64,000 bases of DNA from Heterodontus francisci (Eukaryota): contig NC_090399.1 in the NCBI RefSeq assembly GCF_036365525.1, positions 67,016,862 through 67,080,861 of the forward strand, read 5' to 3'. A model generated the notes under the pieces. The model had not been told where the DNA came from. It ran no database searches and worked only from the letters and a program-made list of their open reading frames with translations. The translations under genes were made by a program, and so were the position numbers. Shown here in pieces: positions 38,401-49,190 of the stretch; the stretch's first letter is position 1, and each line of letters starts with the position of its first letter.

Positions 38401-39016
38401 TCATCGGGTCTGTTTGGGCAGCCGTGCTTTAGTATGAATATTTCAATAGTATATTCTTCACTGGTCTTCTAACTGGGCTATTACAGTTGGTGTTTCCTGT
38501 ACAATCTCCTGGGTGGAATTTGAGTGCAGTGTCTCTCTCTATACACATCAAAGGCTGGATCATACAATTCAACACTCAGCTTTGAGAATGGCCGACTGGA
38601 GATGCTGGTCCTGTTCAGTCTGAGACTGGAGATATGAGTGTTGGGGAGTGATAAACACTTCTCATAACATTTCCTGTCAGGACGTGGCCTCCTGTCAGCC
38701 TCTCAGTTTCATCTAAAGGAGGCAGGTTTTCTTCAAATTGGTCACTGGGGTTTCGTGTTGTCTCTGCCCGAGGATTCAGTGTCACTAGTTTTTGGAGAGT
38801 GAATGGTCTGATGAGTTTTGCTGCTGGTGTTTGGATGGGTCTGATGGGCTTTGCTGGTGTTTCGAGGGCATCTGGGTTTTGCTGCTGGTGTTTGGTTGGC
38901 TCTGATGGGTTTGTCTCTCTCTGTAACCATGTATTTATTTCTCTTCCCCAGTGATCTCCCGTGTCCCGCTGAAATTCCAGGGAGTTCAGTGCACAGTCAG
39001 CGGGATGAATTGCTGA
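17173..39016 (+). CDS. MHC class I heavy (alpha) chain gene, exons 2 to terminal (leader exon outside the window); U-type shark class I, lineage not assigned
   Basis: Five exons join in phase 1 with canonical AG/GT into alpha1-alpha2-alpha3-TM-cyt with no stops. Class I hallmarks: N86 glycan (NQS), C101/C164, TKxKW, C1-set GFYP/NxDGTYQ/FSCEVDH, exon-6 Tyr. The last exon is less certain. Confidence 0.95.
17565..17927 (+). repeat. Degenerate ~60-bp tandem repeat (6-7 units) with (C/G)TGATTGG CCAAT/Y-box, ATTGACAG and GGGCGG GC-box motifs; left half of an array split by a Penelope insertion
   Basis: TGATTGG near 17574, 17634, 17757, 17814, 17873 and 17918. GGGCGG near 17608, 17731, 17847 and 17904. 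Confidence 0.75.
18270..18595 (-). mobile_element. HE1-type tRNA-derived SINE inserted in the Penelope 5' pseudo-LTR
   Basis: Reverse complement of GGTGGCGCAGTGGCTAGCAC...GGGTTCAG... with a ...GCTGTATCTCTC tail. Confidence 0.88.
18605..18712 (+). mobile_element. HE1 SINE 3' fragment, inverted relative to the adjacent copy
   Basis: gtggggatgtggtaggga...cagcacagactcagtgggctga...tcagtgctgtatctctc matches the HE1 3' tail seen at 43530-43647. Confidence 0.75.
20445..20773 (-). mobile_element. HE1-type SINE inserted in the Penelope RT, 8-bp TSD CATTCCTT
   Basis: TSD at 20437-20444 and 20774-20781. A/B boxes on the minus strand. Confidence 0.92.
22224..22262 (+). ncRNA. Minimal type I hammerhead ribozyme motif in the Penelope pseudo-LTR
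   Basis: AGTT-CTGAAGA-AGGGTCA/C/TGACCT-GAAA-CGTT-AACT: intact CUGANGA and GAAA core, stem I AGTT/AACT, stem II hairpin, palindromic AACGTT stem III typical of PLE hammerheads. Confidence 0.75.
22366..22527 (+). repeat. Right half of the same ~60-bp repeat; its last unit is the real exon 3 acceptor
   Basis: ctgattggctgcgtgtgtttggttgg..., ctgtaattggctgtatttgtttgattgacagggtgtgaggg, ctctgattggctgtatgtgtttgatttgacAG|exon 3. Confidence 0.7.
22528..22800 (+). CDS. MHC class I exon 3 (alpha2 domain), 273 nt: GIHTWQTMYGCELREDGNSSGFAQYGWNGKDFINFDKKNMVWVTPVTWGEITKSKWDQNKEGNKKLKNYLEERCIAWLKRYLQIGEKELRP
   Basis: Acceptor tttgacAG (22526-22527), donor G|GTGAGG (22801). HTxQxMYGC, GKDF, TKxKW and YLExxCIxWLxxY motifs. 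Confidence 0.97.
24990..25390 (-). mobile_element. CR1 LINE 3' fragment (nested)
   Basis: LEQRRLRGDLIEVHKIMRG...FFTQRVVGIWNALP, the CR1 ORF2 C-terminus. Confidence 0.85.
25613..27020 (-). mobile_element. CR1 LINE 3' part (RT), nested
   Basis: ORFs 26156-26929 and 25694-26149: LDFQKAFD, GVPQG, KFADDTKL. (TTTCTATG)n tail at 25613-25630. Confidence 0.92.
27462..27725 (+). CDS. MHC class I exon 4 (alpha3, Ig C1-set), 264 nt: VSPSVSFTRRGDSNRLSCVTTGFYPQAIEVTLRRDGVSLNETHSDGILPNHDGTYQIHKWTDIDPADQAKFSCEVDHSGLKEKMVAFY
   Basis: Perfect TACTAAC branch point (27436-27442), polypyrimidine tract, AG 27460-27461, donor G|GTAAGT (27726). C...GFYP...NHDGTYQ...FSCEVDH motifs. Confidence 0.97.
27744..28368. 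repeat. Intron-4 minisatellite, 47/51-bp unit GGATCCAGTCTCACTACAGGAGGGAGGGTCAGTGCTGAGCTGTGTGA, 13 copies
   Basis: GGATC(C/T) at 27750, 27801, 27848 ... 28330, with 47- or 51-bp spacing. Confidence 0.95.
28480..28584 (+). CDS. MHC class I exon 5 (connecting peptide + transmembrane), 105 nt: ERKSVSLLPIIVGVLVVAVLLIIAVIVGVVIHKKK
   Basis: Acceptor tttatcAG (28478-28479), donor G|GTAGGA (28585). Long hydrophobic helix followed by a basic stop-transfer. Phase 1 at both ends. Confidence 0.93.
28660..29750. repeat. Intron-5 G-rich minisatellite, 72-bp unit, about 15 copies (G-quadruplex-prone)
   Basis: CCCAGGGTGGGGGTGGGATTGCTGGTGGGTGGGGAATGGTGAC... recurs every 71-72 bp from 28682 to 29689; many GGG/GGGG runs per unit. 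Confidence 0.95.
32088..33008. mobile_element. Unclassified ~0.9-kb insertion within the CR1 (possibly LTR-derived)
   Basis: CR1 homology stops at about 32087 and resumes at about 33009; the intervening sequence has no recognised motif. Confidence 0.35.
33700..34700 (+). mobile_element. CR1 3' fragment (split by a hAT MITE)
   Basis: LVRPHLEY|...QRRFTGLVPG...RRMRGDLIET...FFTQRVVNLWNSLP. Confidence 0.85.
33748..34155. mobile_element. Non-autonomous hAT DNA transposon (MITE), 408 bp, TIR TAAAG(C/G)CCTGC, 8-bp TSD ACCTGGAG
   Basis: TSD at 33740-33747 and 34156-34163. TIRs at 33748-33758 and 34145-34155. Subterminal (CCCGA)n repeats. Confidence 0.88.
34838..35950 (-). mobile_element. CR1 LINE 3' part
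   Basis: ORFs 35642-35941 and 34918-35706: GIPQGSV, KFADDTKI, VRPQLEYCVQFW. Confidence 0.9.
38060..38092 (+). CDS. MHC class I exon 6 (cytoplasmic), 33 nt: AGEKTGYNQAK
   Basis: TACTAAC branch point (38032-38038), acceptor ttttacAG (38058-38059), donor A|GTAAGT (38093). The 33-nt length and GYxxA Tyr motif match class I exon 6. Confidence 0.88.
38335..38432. mobile_element. Probable hAT MITE remnant (CCCGA repeats)
   Basis: cccgacccaacctgagcccga...gacacgtcatcgggtc...gctttA resembles the right end of the 33748-34155 element. Confidence 0.45.
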
Positions 39017-40790
39017 ATCAGGGAGGGTGGTTTATCATCGAGGTGATGGCGAGTGACTGATCATAGCTCTACATCTGTGACTCTGTTTAATTGTAACTGG
39101 TGGGGGGGGGGGCGCGGTTGTTGATTCTGAATGTCTGTACACTCTGATCATTTTGAACTTTGACCTGTATGGTTTTTTTTTTAGAATTAGAACATTACAG
39201 CGCAGTACAGGCCCTTCGGCCCTCGATGTTGCGCCGACCAATTAGGAAAGCTAATAGAATGTTACCATTTATCGCAAGGGGAATTGAATACAAAAGTAGG
39301 GAGGTTATGCTTCAGCTGTACAGGACATTGGTGAGACCACATCTGGATTAGTGTACAGTACTGGTCTCCTTACTGTCTATTTAAACCAATTAAGCCTTTT
39401 GTTATCACTGCTGTCACTTTTGGTCTTATACAGAAGAATTTTACTGAGTTATTAAATGGTTGAACATAGATAGAAAGCAAGAGAGATGGATCTCTTCCCA
39501 TTTCAGATGGGGAAACTATATAACCTTAAAGGATGGGAAGCGAAAAAATATATAAATCACAGTAGCAAAATCCCAAATTATGCAATTGCAGACATGGAGT
39601 AGGTTACGAGTAAGCAGTATAATAATGAACTTCCAAAAATATTTTTTAACAAAACCATCAATGTACTGATCGACATATAAATTTCATAGCTTCCCCCTAT
39701 ATTGTAAACAATTAAGACTATATACATAGTCTGATATAGATATAAACAAGTGTAGCCTTCATATGACGCAGAACTAAAAGGTTGGAGAAAACTCGACAGG
39801 TATGGAGATGTAGTTCAGTTCCCACTCTGAAGTCATGCATTCTGTCCTTATTTTTCTTTTTCCATTATAATTATTTGGCACACATCGAGAATGGAAATTG
39901 CCCATATAAACACGTCGCGGTCTAAATACACCCATTGCCAATGTAGTGTTCCCACTGGCAGGAGACTAATTAAATTTCCATTATAAATGTGGACAAAGGA
40001 ATTTATAATGGGAAAAGTTGCACAAATGTGGGATTTTGAGATACATTAATACAGTTTCTCTATTTGATGTGAAAATACCTACCAGACTACATACGATCAC
40101 TGAAGTTTAGAACTTTGTGTCAATATTTACAATGCAATTTGCACTCTGCCTCCTTTGCAGTTGCCATTCTTTTCAACCAACTTTTAAATTGTGCTTGGTT
40201 AGAACTTGCATTCGGTTTGGAAATTAATTATTTTTCATGCTTGTTACTTTGCACATGCTCTGGGAATGTTGAATCATTCACTGATTTCAATGGGGGGGCT
40301 TGTTTACACTTTTGCTTTTTAAATGTTAACTGTCTTTGAATCCTTTTCCTTCATCAAGAATAATTAATGAGCGTGACCCTGATCATCTCCTCACCCTCAC
40401 TCAGTTTCTGGTTAAATTGTCCGATGTACTAACTGGGAGTGGAGATACACTCACACTCCGTCCAAGTGGCCCTTGACCGACTGGAACCCACAGGGCCTGG
40501 TCCCTGGGGTTGGGGAGGGGGGCCTAATCCCCGAGACCATCAGTCCTGATGGAAGTTGTAGATGGGGTGGGAGAGTGAGGTGGTCCTGCTCTGCGTGACA
40601 GTCCCGGGACATGGGAATGTGTTGATCATTGGGAGATCGGGGAGTGTGATCAGATTTATATTTTGCTGGGGTTTATGGGGGGAGAGGAGTGGTGGGGGCA
40701 TGTGCTTTGTGAGAGGGGGCTCTGTAATGCAATTTTTGTATTCCCTAAATTCCAATAATAAATGAGGTTTGGACTCCACTTCCTGTCTCT
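38952..40790 (+). other. Probable terminal exon of the class I gene (short coding tail MISRVPLKFQGVQCTVSGMNC* to 39016 if spliced directly from exon 6, then 3' UTR)
   Basis: Strong acceptor tatttatttctcttccccAG (38950-38951) with upstream ctgtAAc. AATAAA at 40757-40762 followed by a U/GU-rich tract. No transcript evidence. Confidence 0.45.
40757..40762 (+). terminator. Candidate polyadenylation signal AATAAA
   Basis: AATAAA preceded by TGTA/U-rich sequence and followed by cttcctgtctctgtct; lies in unique sequence just before the next TE block. Confidence 0.45.
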
Positions 40791-40848
40791 GTCTAATGTA
40801 TCGAATGGTGGAGAATGTTCAGATCTAACAATGAAAATCCCAGGTAAC

Positions 40849-43008
40849 TGTTATAACTGAGGTGGACGGAGAATTCTGTTTATTCTAGTTCCACTTCTCC
40901 ACAAATCACAACATATATTTAAATTTTCCCACTTACCGATACGGTCAATCACAGACTCTATTTTTCCCAGAATAAAACACACCAACCAGGTTTCTTTAAT
41001 AAACAACAAAATTATCAGTTTATTATAAAACAAGTCTTGACCATTAATGGAGTAAAGCATAAACACAAAGATTGAAATATTAAAGTTACCTTTTTACCTT
41101 AGACCCCAACACTTTCACACACACACATATACAACAATTGACTGGAAAAATAAAGGGATTTTTGTTTTTAGAGCTCTTTTACAGACCAAAAAAAAAAACA
41201 CTTGGGCTGAACACTTGTTTATTCTTCAAGAAACAGCAGATGATATATGTTGTGTTTCTAAACTGGCATACAGTCTGCCTTCCAAGTACACGTAGACAGG
41301 TCACTGGGATCTTTCAGAACACTCCTTTTCAGGCGGAGTTGAGAATTAATTTAGCAGGCTTTTGTTCAAAGACAGGAGACAAGGTGAGGTGAGAGTGACT
41401 GCCCTTGACATCAAGGCAGCATTTGAACAAATATGGCATCAAGAAACCCAAGCAAAACAGAGTCTATGGGAATTAGGAGGAAAACTCTCTGCTGGCTGGA
41501 GTCCTACCCAGCACAAAGGAAGATGGTTGTGGTTGTTGGAGGCCAATCATCTGAGCTCCAGGACATCAATGCAGGAGTTCCTCGGGGTTGTGTCCGAGGC
41601 CCAACCATCTTCAGCTGCTTCATCAATGACCTTCCTTCAATTATAAGCTCAGAAGTGGGGATGTTCGCTGATGATTGCACAATGTTCAGCACCATTTGCG
41701 ACTCCTCAGGTAAAATGCAGCAAGATCTGGACAATATCCAGACTTGGGCTGATAAGTGGCAAGTAACATTCGCGCCACACAAGTGCCAGGCAATGACCGT
41801 CTCCAGCAAGAGAGAATCTAACCATCTCCCCTTGACATTCAATGGCATTACAATTGCTGAATCCCCCACTATCAACATCCTGGGGATTACCATTGGCCAG
41901 AAACGGAACTGGACTAGCCGTTATAAATACCGTGGCAACAAAAGCTGGTCAGAGGCTAGGAATCCTGTGGCAAGTAACTTAGCTCCTGACTCCCCAAAGC
42001 CTGTCCACCATCTATAAGCACAAGTCAGGAGTGTGATGGAATACTCTCCACTTGCCTGGATGGGTACAGCTCTAGCAACACGCAAGAGGCTCAACACTAT
42101 CCAGGACAAAGCAGCCATCTTGATTGGCACCCCATCCACAAACATTCCCTCCACTACTGATGCACAGTGGCAGCACTGTGTACCATCTACACGATGCACT
42201 GCAGCAATGCACCAAGGCTTCTTAGGCAGCACCTTCCAAACCCACAATCTCTACCAACTGGAAGGACAAGGGTTTCAGATGCATGGGAACATCACCACCT
42301 GCAAGTTCCCCTCCAAGCCATACACTATCCTGACTTGGAATTATATCGCTGTTCTTTTACTGTCACTGGGTCAAAATCCTGGAACTTCCTTCTTAACAGT
42401 ACTGTGGGTGTACCGACAGCCCAAAGACTGCAAGCAGTTCAAGAAGGCAACTCACCATCACTTTCTCAAGGGCATTAGGGATGGGTAATAAATGTTGGCC
42501 TAGTCAGTGATGCCCGTATCCCATGAACAAATAAAAAAACAGTAGACTTCTCTGAGTCTTTTAAGAGGTGCTGGAAAGCTGAGCTGGTTTGTGGTCTCTC
42601 CATCCTTGGGAATTCTCTTCTTTCCTTGGACGTTATCTTCTTGAAAGTTCTCTCCCATTTTATACAGTCCAACCCCAACTCAAAACAATTCAAAAGCGAA
42701 TGTTAACGGGAGGTCAACCTTTTGACCTCCATCAATCTTGACCTGTCACTTACTTGTAAACAACTTCTTCAGGTGTCCAAAGTTCTCTGTTTATTGAGCT
42801 GGAAGTCAGGTGGTTTCCTGGAAAGGCTTGTTTTCCTCACAAAACCTCTGAACCCCTTTTAAGAAACATTTCCAGGGATCGTTATTCAACGTCAACTAGC
42901 CTTTACATGACCCCATTTGGAAACCACAAAGTTTAACATTTCTTCAATCTTTCACAAATGAATCCTCAAGAAATATATTAAACAAAACACAGAGGCACTT
43001 TCGTAACA
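40849..43008. mobile_element. Possible solo LTR (TGTTA...TAACA) interrupted by a LINE
   Basis: Inverted termini TGTTA (40849) and TAACA (43004-43008), flanked by CR1-like sequence. No clean TSD. Confidence 0.4.
41377..42540 (+). mobile_element. CR1-group LINE 3' fragment (same family as 22810-27273)
   Basis: GEVRVTALDIKAAF, MFADDCTMF, and tail cccatgaacaaataaaaaaa. Confidence 0.88.
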
Positions 43009-43301
43009 TCTGCCTGTCGAGCAAATTATTGTAAATCAAGTAATAAACAGGCCACAGAGATTTCCAAAAGGAAGATGCTTCTCACAACACCTGGAATTCT
43101 TTGAGGAGGTAATAGACATGGTGATGGAGGAAATGTGATGGATGTAGTGTACGTGGACTTTCGGAAAGTCTTTGACAAGGTGCCATAGAGATGACTAAAT
43201 GAGCACCTTGCATCTGCCTTCACAATAGGAGAGGATGCTGCCAATATCACAGTAAAGGCGGATATAATTAGGAAATGGAATAGAATAGAAATAGATAAAG
43301 A

Positions 43302-43647
43302 GGGCGGCACAGTGGCGCAGTGGTTAGCACCGCAGCCTCACAGCTCCAGGGACCGGGTTCGATTCTGGGTACTGCCTGTGCGGAGTTTGCAAGTTCTCCC
43401 TGTGTCTGCGTGGGTTTCCTCCGGGTGCTCCGGTTTCCTCCCACACGCCAAAGACTTGCAGGTTGATAGGTTAATTGGCTATTACAAATTGCCCCTAGTA
43501 TAGGTAGGTGGTAGGAAATATATAGGAACAGGTGGGGATGTGGTAGGAATATGGGATTAGTGTAGGATTAGTATAAATGGGTGGTTGATGGTCGGCACAG
43601 ACTCGGTGGGCCGAAGGGCCTGTTTCAGTGCTGTATCTCTAAACTAA
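43302..43647 (+). mobile_element. HE1-type SINE
   Basis: GGGCGGCACAGTGGCGCAGTGGTTAGC (A box), GGTTCGATTC (B box), tail GTATCTCTAAACTAAA. Confidence 0.92.
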
Positions 43648-44377
43648 ATTAGGAGGTAATTAAATAGTTGGTCGGGCACAAAGTAGAAAAATCTGCCAGT
43701 CTGGATGGAATGCATGATGGATTATTGAGGGATTATTGAGGAAGCGACGTTTAAGAGACATCTTGACAAATACATGAATATGAAGGGAATAGTGGGATAT
43801 GAGCCCCGGAAGTGCAGAAGGTGTTCGTTTAGGCAGGCATCAAGATCGGCGCAGGCTTGGAAGGCCGAATGGCCTGTTCCTGTACGGTTCTTTGTTCTTT
43901 GTTCTTGAAGTTCTGACCACAATCTTCCAATCCTCTTCGGATATGGGAGTGATGCCAGAGGACTGGAGAATTATAAATGTTACATCCCTATTCAAAATGA
44001 TGAGAGGGATAAACCTGGTAACTACAAACCAGTCAGTTTAGCTTTAGTGATGTGGAAACATCTTGATACGATAATGAAAGAAAAAATATAGTCACTTACA
44101 AAATGTATAATAAATGACAGCCTGTGTGTGTATGACTTTCAAAGGGCCACATAATTTTAATTAGCAAATTTTAATTTAATTGAAGCCCATGGGATTAAAA
44201 GGACAGAGACTGCATGGAGATGAAATTGGCTAAGAGAAAAGGTAGAATAGTGCTGAACGCTTGTTAGAGGATTGGAACAGACTTCAGGAGGATCTAGACT
44301 GGTAAAATGGACAGATACATGGAGGTGAAATTCAATTCAGATGTGTGAGATGTTACATTTTGGTAGAAAGACTGAGG

Positions 44378-45010
44378 AAAACATCCTGGGAGTTGCCATT
44401 GACCAGAAACTTAACTGGAGCAGCCATTTAAGTGCCTACAAGAGCAGGTCAGAGGCTGGGAATTCAGCGGTGAGTAACTCACTTCCTGACTCCCCAAAGC
44501 CTGTCCACAAAGCACAAGTCAGGAGTATGATGGAATACTCTCCACTTTCCTGGATGGGTGCAGCTACAACAACACCCATGAAGCTCGGCACCATCCAGGA
44601 CAAAGCAGCCAGTTTGATTGGCACCCCATCTACAAACATTCACTCCCTCCACCACCGACGCACAGTGGCAGCAGTGTGTGCCATCTACAAGATGCACTGC
44701 AGCAACGCACCAAGGCTCCTTCGACAGCACCTTCCAAACCTGCGATCTCTACTACCTAGAAGAACAAAGGCAGAAAATCACCACCTCCAAGTCACACACT
44801 ATCCTGACTTTGAACAATATCGCTGTTCCTCACTGTCATTGAATCAAAATCCTGGAACTCCCTTCCAAACAGCACTGTGGGTGCACCTACCCCACGTAGA
44901 TTGCAGTGGTTCAAGAAGGCACCCCACCACCACCTTCTCAAGGGCAATTAGGGATGGGCAATAAATGCTGTCCTGGTCAGTGACGCCCACATCCCATGAA
45001 TGAATAAAAA
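44378..45010 (+). mobile_element. CR1-group LINE 3' fragment nested in an older CR1
   Basis: NILGVAIDQKLNWS...AQVRSMMEYSPL, and tail cccatgaatgaataaaaaa. Confidence 0.85.
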
Positions 45011-45301
45011 ACAGCAATATGAACGAAAAGGTACAATTTTAAAGGGGCTGCAGGTACAGAGACCTGGGGTACAAATCTTTGAAGATTGCAGGACAAGTTG
45101 ATCAGGCTGTTTTTAACAAAAGTTTATGTGATCCTGGGCTTTATAAACAGAGGCATAGACTCCAAAATCAATCAAGTTCTGTTAAACCTTTATAAACCAC
45201 TGGTTCAGCCAGTTACAGGCTTCCCTTGTGTCAGGGGTGTTCAGACCGAGGTCACCCATCAATGATTCAGCTTGACAATCCCAATTGGGTTTGACAAGCC
45301 T

Positions 45302-46456
45302 TTAGAGTCATAGAGTTATACAACACAGAAACAGGTTCTTCGGCCCATCATGTCTGTGCCAGCCATCAAGCACCGAACTATTCTAATCCCATTTTCCAGC
45401 ACTTGGTCCGTAGCCTTGTATGCTGTGATGTTTCAAGTGCTAATCTAAATACTTCTTAAATGTTGTGAGGGTTCCTGCCTCTAACACCTCTTCAGGCAGT
45501 GGGTTCCTAATTCCAACCACCCTCTGGGTGAAAGTTTTTGCCTCCAAACCCCTCTAAACCTCCTGCACCTTACCTTAAATCTATGCCCCCTGGTTATTGA
45601 TCCCTTCGCTAAGGGAAAAAGTTTCTTCCTATCTAACTAGGGCGTCACAGTGGCGCAGTGGCTAGCACCGCAGCCTCATAGCTCTGGTAACCCAGGTTCA
45701 ATTCTGGGTACTGCCTGTGCGGAGTTTGCAAGTTCTCCCTGTAACTGTGTGGGTTTTCGCCGGGTACTCTGGTTTCCTCCCACAGCCAAAGACTTACAGA
45801 TGATAGGTAAATTGGATGTTGTAAATTTCTGCTAGTGTAGGTAGGGAATATGGGATTACTGTAGGGTTAGTATAAATGGGTGGTTGTTGGTCAGCACAGA
45901 CTCGGTGGGCTGAAAGGGCCTGTGTCAGTGCTGTATCCCTAAATAAAAACCTATCAATGCCCCTCAAAATTTTGTATACCACAATCATGTCCCCCCTCAG
46001 CCTTTTCTGCTCTAAGGAAAATAACCCGAGCCTATCCACTCTCTTTTCATAGCTGAAATGCTCCAGCCCAGGCAACATCCTGGTGAATCTCCTCTGCACC
46101 CTCTCCAGTGCAACCACATCCTTCCTATAGTGTGGTGCCCAGAACTGTACACAGTACTCCAGCTGTGGCCTGACTAGCATTTCATACAGCTCCATCGTAA
46201 CCCTCCTGCTGTTATATTTGATGCCTTGCCTAATAAAGGCAAGTATCCCATATGGCTTCCTAACCACCTTATCTACCTGTGCTGCTACCTTCAGTGATCG
46301 ATGGACAAGTACACCAAGGTCCCTCTGACCCTGTGTACTTCCTAGGATCCTACCATCCATTGTATATTCCCTTGCCTTGTTAGTCCTTCCAAAATGCATC
46401 ACCTCACACTTCTCAGGAGTAAATTTCATTTTCCACAGCTCCGCCCATCTTCCCAA
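45302..46456 (-). mobile_element. CR1 LINE 3' part with an HE1 SINE inserted
   Basis: ORF 45794-46456: KCEVMHFGR, RDLGV, VRPQLEYCVQFW. Confidence 0.88.
45640..45946 (+). mobile_element. HE1-type SINE
   Basis: gggcgtcacagtggcgcagtggctagc...gctgtatccctaaataaaa; flanked by cctatc on both sides. Confidence 0.88.
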
Positions 46457-48255
46457 CCCTTGAGCAAGAGGGTAACCAGGGAAAGGGTTGGCCCACTCAA
46501 GGACAGAGGAGGGAATCTATGTGTGGAGCCAGAGGAAATGGGCGAGGTACGAGATGAGTACTTTGCATCAGTATTCACCAAAGAGGAGGACTTGGTAGAT
46601 GATGAGTCTAAGGAAGGGAGTGCAGATAGTCTGGGTCATGTCGTTATCAAAAAGAAGGAGGTGTTGGGTGTCTTGCAAAGCATTAAGGTAGATAAGTCCC
46701 CAGGGCCTGATGGGATCTACCCCAGAATACTGAGGGAGGCAAGGGAAGAAATTGCTGGGGCCTTGACAGAAATCTTTGTATCCTCATTGGCTACAGGTGA
46801 GGTCCCAGAGGACTGGAGAATAGACAGTGTTGTTCTTTTGTTTAAGAAGGGTAGCAAGGATAATCCAGAAAATTACAGGCCCGTGAGCCTTACGTCAGTG
46901 GTAGGGAAACTATTAGAGAGGATTCTTCGGGACAGGATTTACTCCCATTTGGAAACAAATCAACTTATTAGCGAGAGGCAGCATGGTTTTGTGAAGGGGA
47001 GGTCGTGTCTCACTAACTTGATTGAGTTTTTTGAGGAAGTGACGAAGATGATTGATGAAGGAAGGGCAGTGGATGTTGTCTACATGGACTTCAGTAAAGC
47101 CTTTGACAAGGTCCCTCATGGCAGACTGGTAAAAAAGGTGAACTCACACGGGATCAGAGGTGAGCTGGCAAGATGGATGCAGAACTGGCTCGGTCATAGA
47201 AGACAGAGGGTAGCAGTGGATGGGTGCTTTTCTGAATGGAGGGCTGTGACTAGTGGTGTTCCGCAGGGATCAGTACTGGGACCTTTGCTGTTTGTAGTAT
47301 ATATAAATGATTTGGAGGAAAATGCAGCTGTTCTGATTAGCAAGTTTGCGGACGACACAAAGTTTGGTGGAGTTGTGGATAGTGATGAGGATTGTCAGAG
47401 GATACAGCAGGATATAGATCGGTTGGAGACTTGGGCGGAGAAATGGCAGATGGAGTTTAATCCGGACAAATGTGAGGTAATGCATTTTGGAAGATCTAAT
47501 ACAGGTGGGAAGTATACAATAAATGGTAGAACCCTTAGGAGTATTGATAGGCAGAGAGATCTGGGCGTACAGGTCCACAGGTCACTGAAAGTGGCAACGC
47601 AGGTGGATAAGGTAGTCAAGAAGGCATACAGCATGCTTGCCTTCATCGGTTGGGGCATCGAGTATAAAAATTGGCAAGTCATGCTGCAGCTGTGCAGAAT
47701 TTTAGTTAGGCCACACTTCAAATATTGCGTGCAATTCTGGTCGCCACACTACCAGAAGGATGTGGAGGCTTTGGAGAGGGTATAGAAGAGGTTTACCAGG
47801 ATGTTGCCTGGTCTGGAGGGAATTAGCTATGAGGAGAGGTTGGATAAACTCGGATTGTTTTCCCTGGAACGACGGAGGTGGAGGGGCGACATGATAGAGG
47901 TTTACAAAGTTGTGAGTGGCATGGACAGAGTGGATAGTCAGAAGCTTTTTCCCAGGGTGGAAGTGTCAGTTACTAGGGGACATGGGTTTAAGGTGAGAGG
48001 AGCAAAGTTTAGAGGGGATGTGCGAGGCAAGTTCTTTACACAGAGGGTGGTGAGTGCCTGGAACTTGCTGCCCGGCAATGTGGTGGAAACAGGTACGATA
48101 GCGACGTTTAATTGACAAATACATGAATATGATGGGAATAGAGGGATACGGATCCCGGAAGTGCAGAATGTTTTAGTTTAGACAGGCATCAAGTTCGGCG
48201 CAGGCTTGGAGGGCCGAATGGCCTGTTCCTGTGCTGTACTGTTCTTTGTTCTTTG
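46457..48255 (+). mobile_element. Young CR1 LINE, 3' 1.8 kb with a nearly intact RT
   Basis: 463-aa ORF with KSPGPDG, NYRPVSLTS, MDFSKAFD, GVPQGSVLGP, KFADDTK; one stop near 47785; (GTTCTTT)n tail. Confidence 0.95.
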
Positions 48256-48419
48256 TTAAGATTTATAAAACGCCTTAGGATTTTCCTTTATCTTACCTGC
48301 CAGTGTTTTCTCATGTCCCCTCTTCGCTCTTCTAATTACTATTTGAAGTGCCCCTTTATTATAACATTGGCAGATTCAATCATACATACAGTATTCAAGA
48401 AAAAATTAAGAGAAGAAAT

Positions 48420-49120
48420 CGGCTGGAATTTTATGTTGGCGTGGTGGCCTCACTCACTGACTAAAAAGCCGGGCCTGGAAGCCACAGATCAATTTTACAT
48501 GGCCCAGGTCCTTAATTGGCCTCGGTCAGGATCTCTGCACCTCTGAGGCAGGATGACCCGCCTCCTAGAGCTGACGGCCAATTAGAAGGCTGGCAGCTCT
48601 TTGGTCCCGGGAGCGGTGGCCACTGCTGGGGCTGCACCAAGCCAGAAGAGGACGATGGACATCACCCTTCAGGAAGCTAAGAAGGACTCGGACCTCGCTG
48701 GGGACAATCAGCTGGGCCCAGGCGAGGGTGGAGGGAGTCCACAAGCACCGTGGGGGGGGGGGTGAGCTAGTTTTAAAGGGGCAGGCCGGGGCTGTTGGGG
48801 AATTGGGGGGGCCTCCATGGGGCACAGGATGCCCAATCAGGAGGGCCACACCGCCCCCACCTTGCCCGCAAGGAGATTGCCAGGTATTACTGTGTGACCT
48901 CCTCAGGTTCCAAAGTGCCAGTAATATACCAGCGGCAGTGGATGAAGGCCCTTAAGTGGCTGTTTGCCACCTTTCCTGCTGCTGGTAAAATAGCAGTGGG
49001 AGCGGGTAGGTGACGGACACTGCGTCCTCCACCTCCCACTCGATTTTACGCTCCCCCCATCACCACCACCTCCTCGCCCACTCCTGGGGGTTGGTGGGGA
49101 GGGTGCTTAAAATTTCAGCC
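48420..49120. mobile_element. Probable non-autonomous Harbinger-like DNA element (TIR GGCTG(G/A)AATTTT)
   Basis: ggctggaatttta at 48421 and taaaatttcagccc ending at 49120 are inverted repeats. No TSD recognised. Confidence 0.55.
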
Positions 49121-49190
49121 CTCGAAACAGAAAAAGCTGGAAATATACAACAGGTCTGGCAGCATCTGTGGAGATAGAAACAGAGTTAAC

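Noticed and set aside
39930-39970. Minus-strand SPASGNTTLA resembling a Walker A motif
   Set aside because: It lacks the catalytic Lys, is preceded by a stop, and has no supporting Walker B context.
43302-43400. tRNA gene (also 57006, 60354, 63708, 27273)
   Set aside because: These are tRNA-derived SINE/LINE heads continuing into repeat bodies, not complete cloverleaf genes.
45302-48255. Twin-priming 5' inversion of a single CR1
   Set aside because: Both oppositely oriented parts include their own 3' ends and overlap in ORF2 coverage, so they are two separate insertions.
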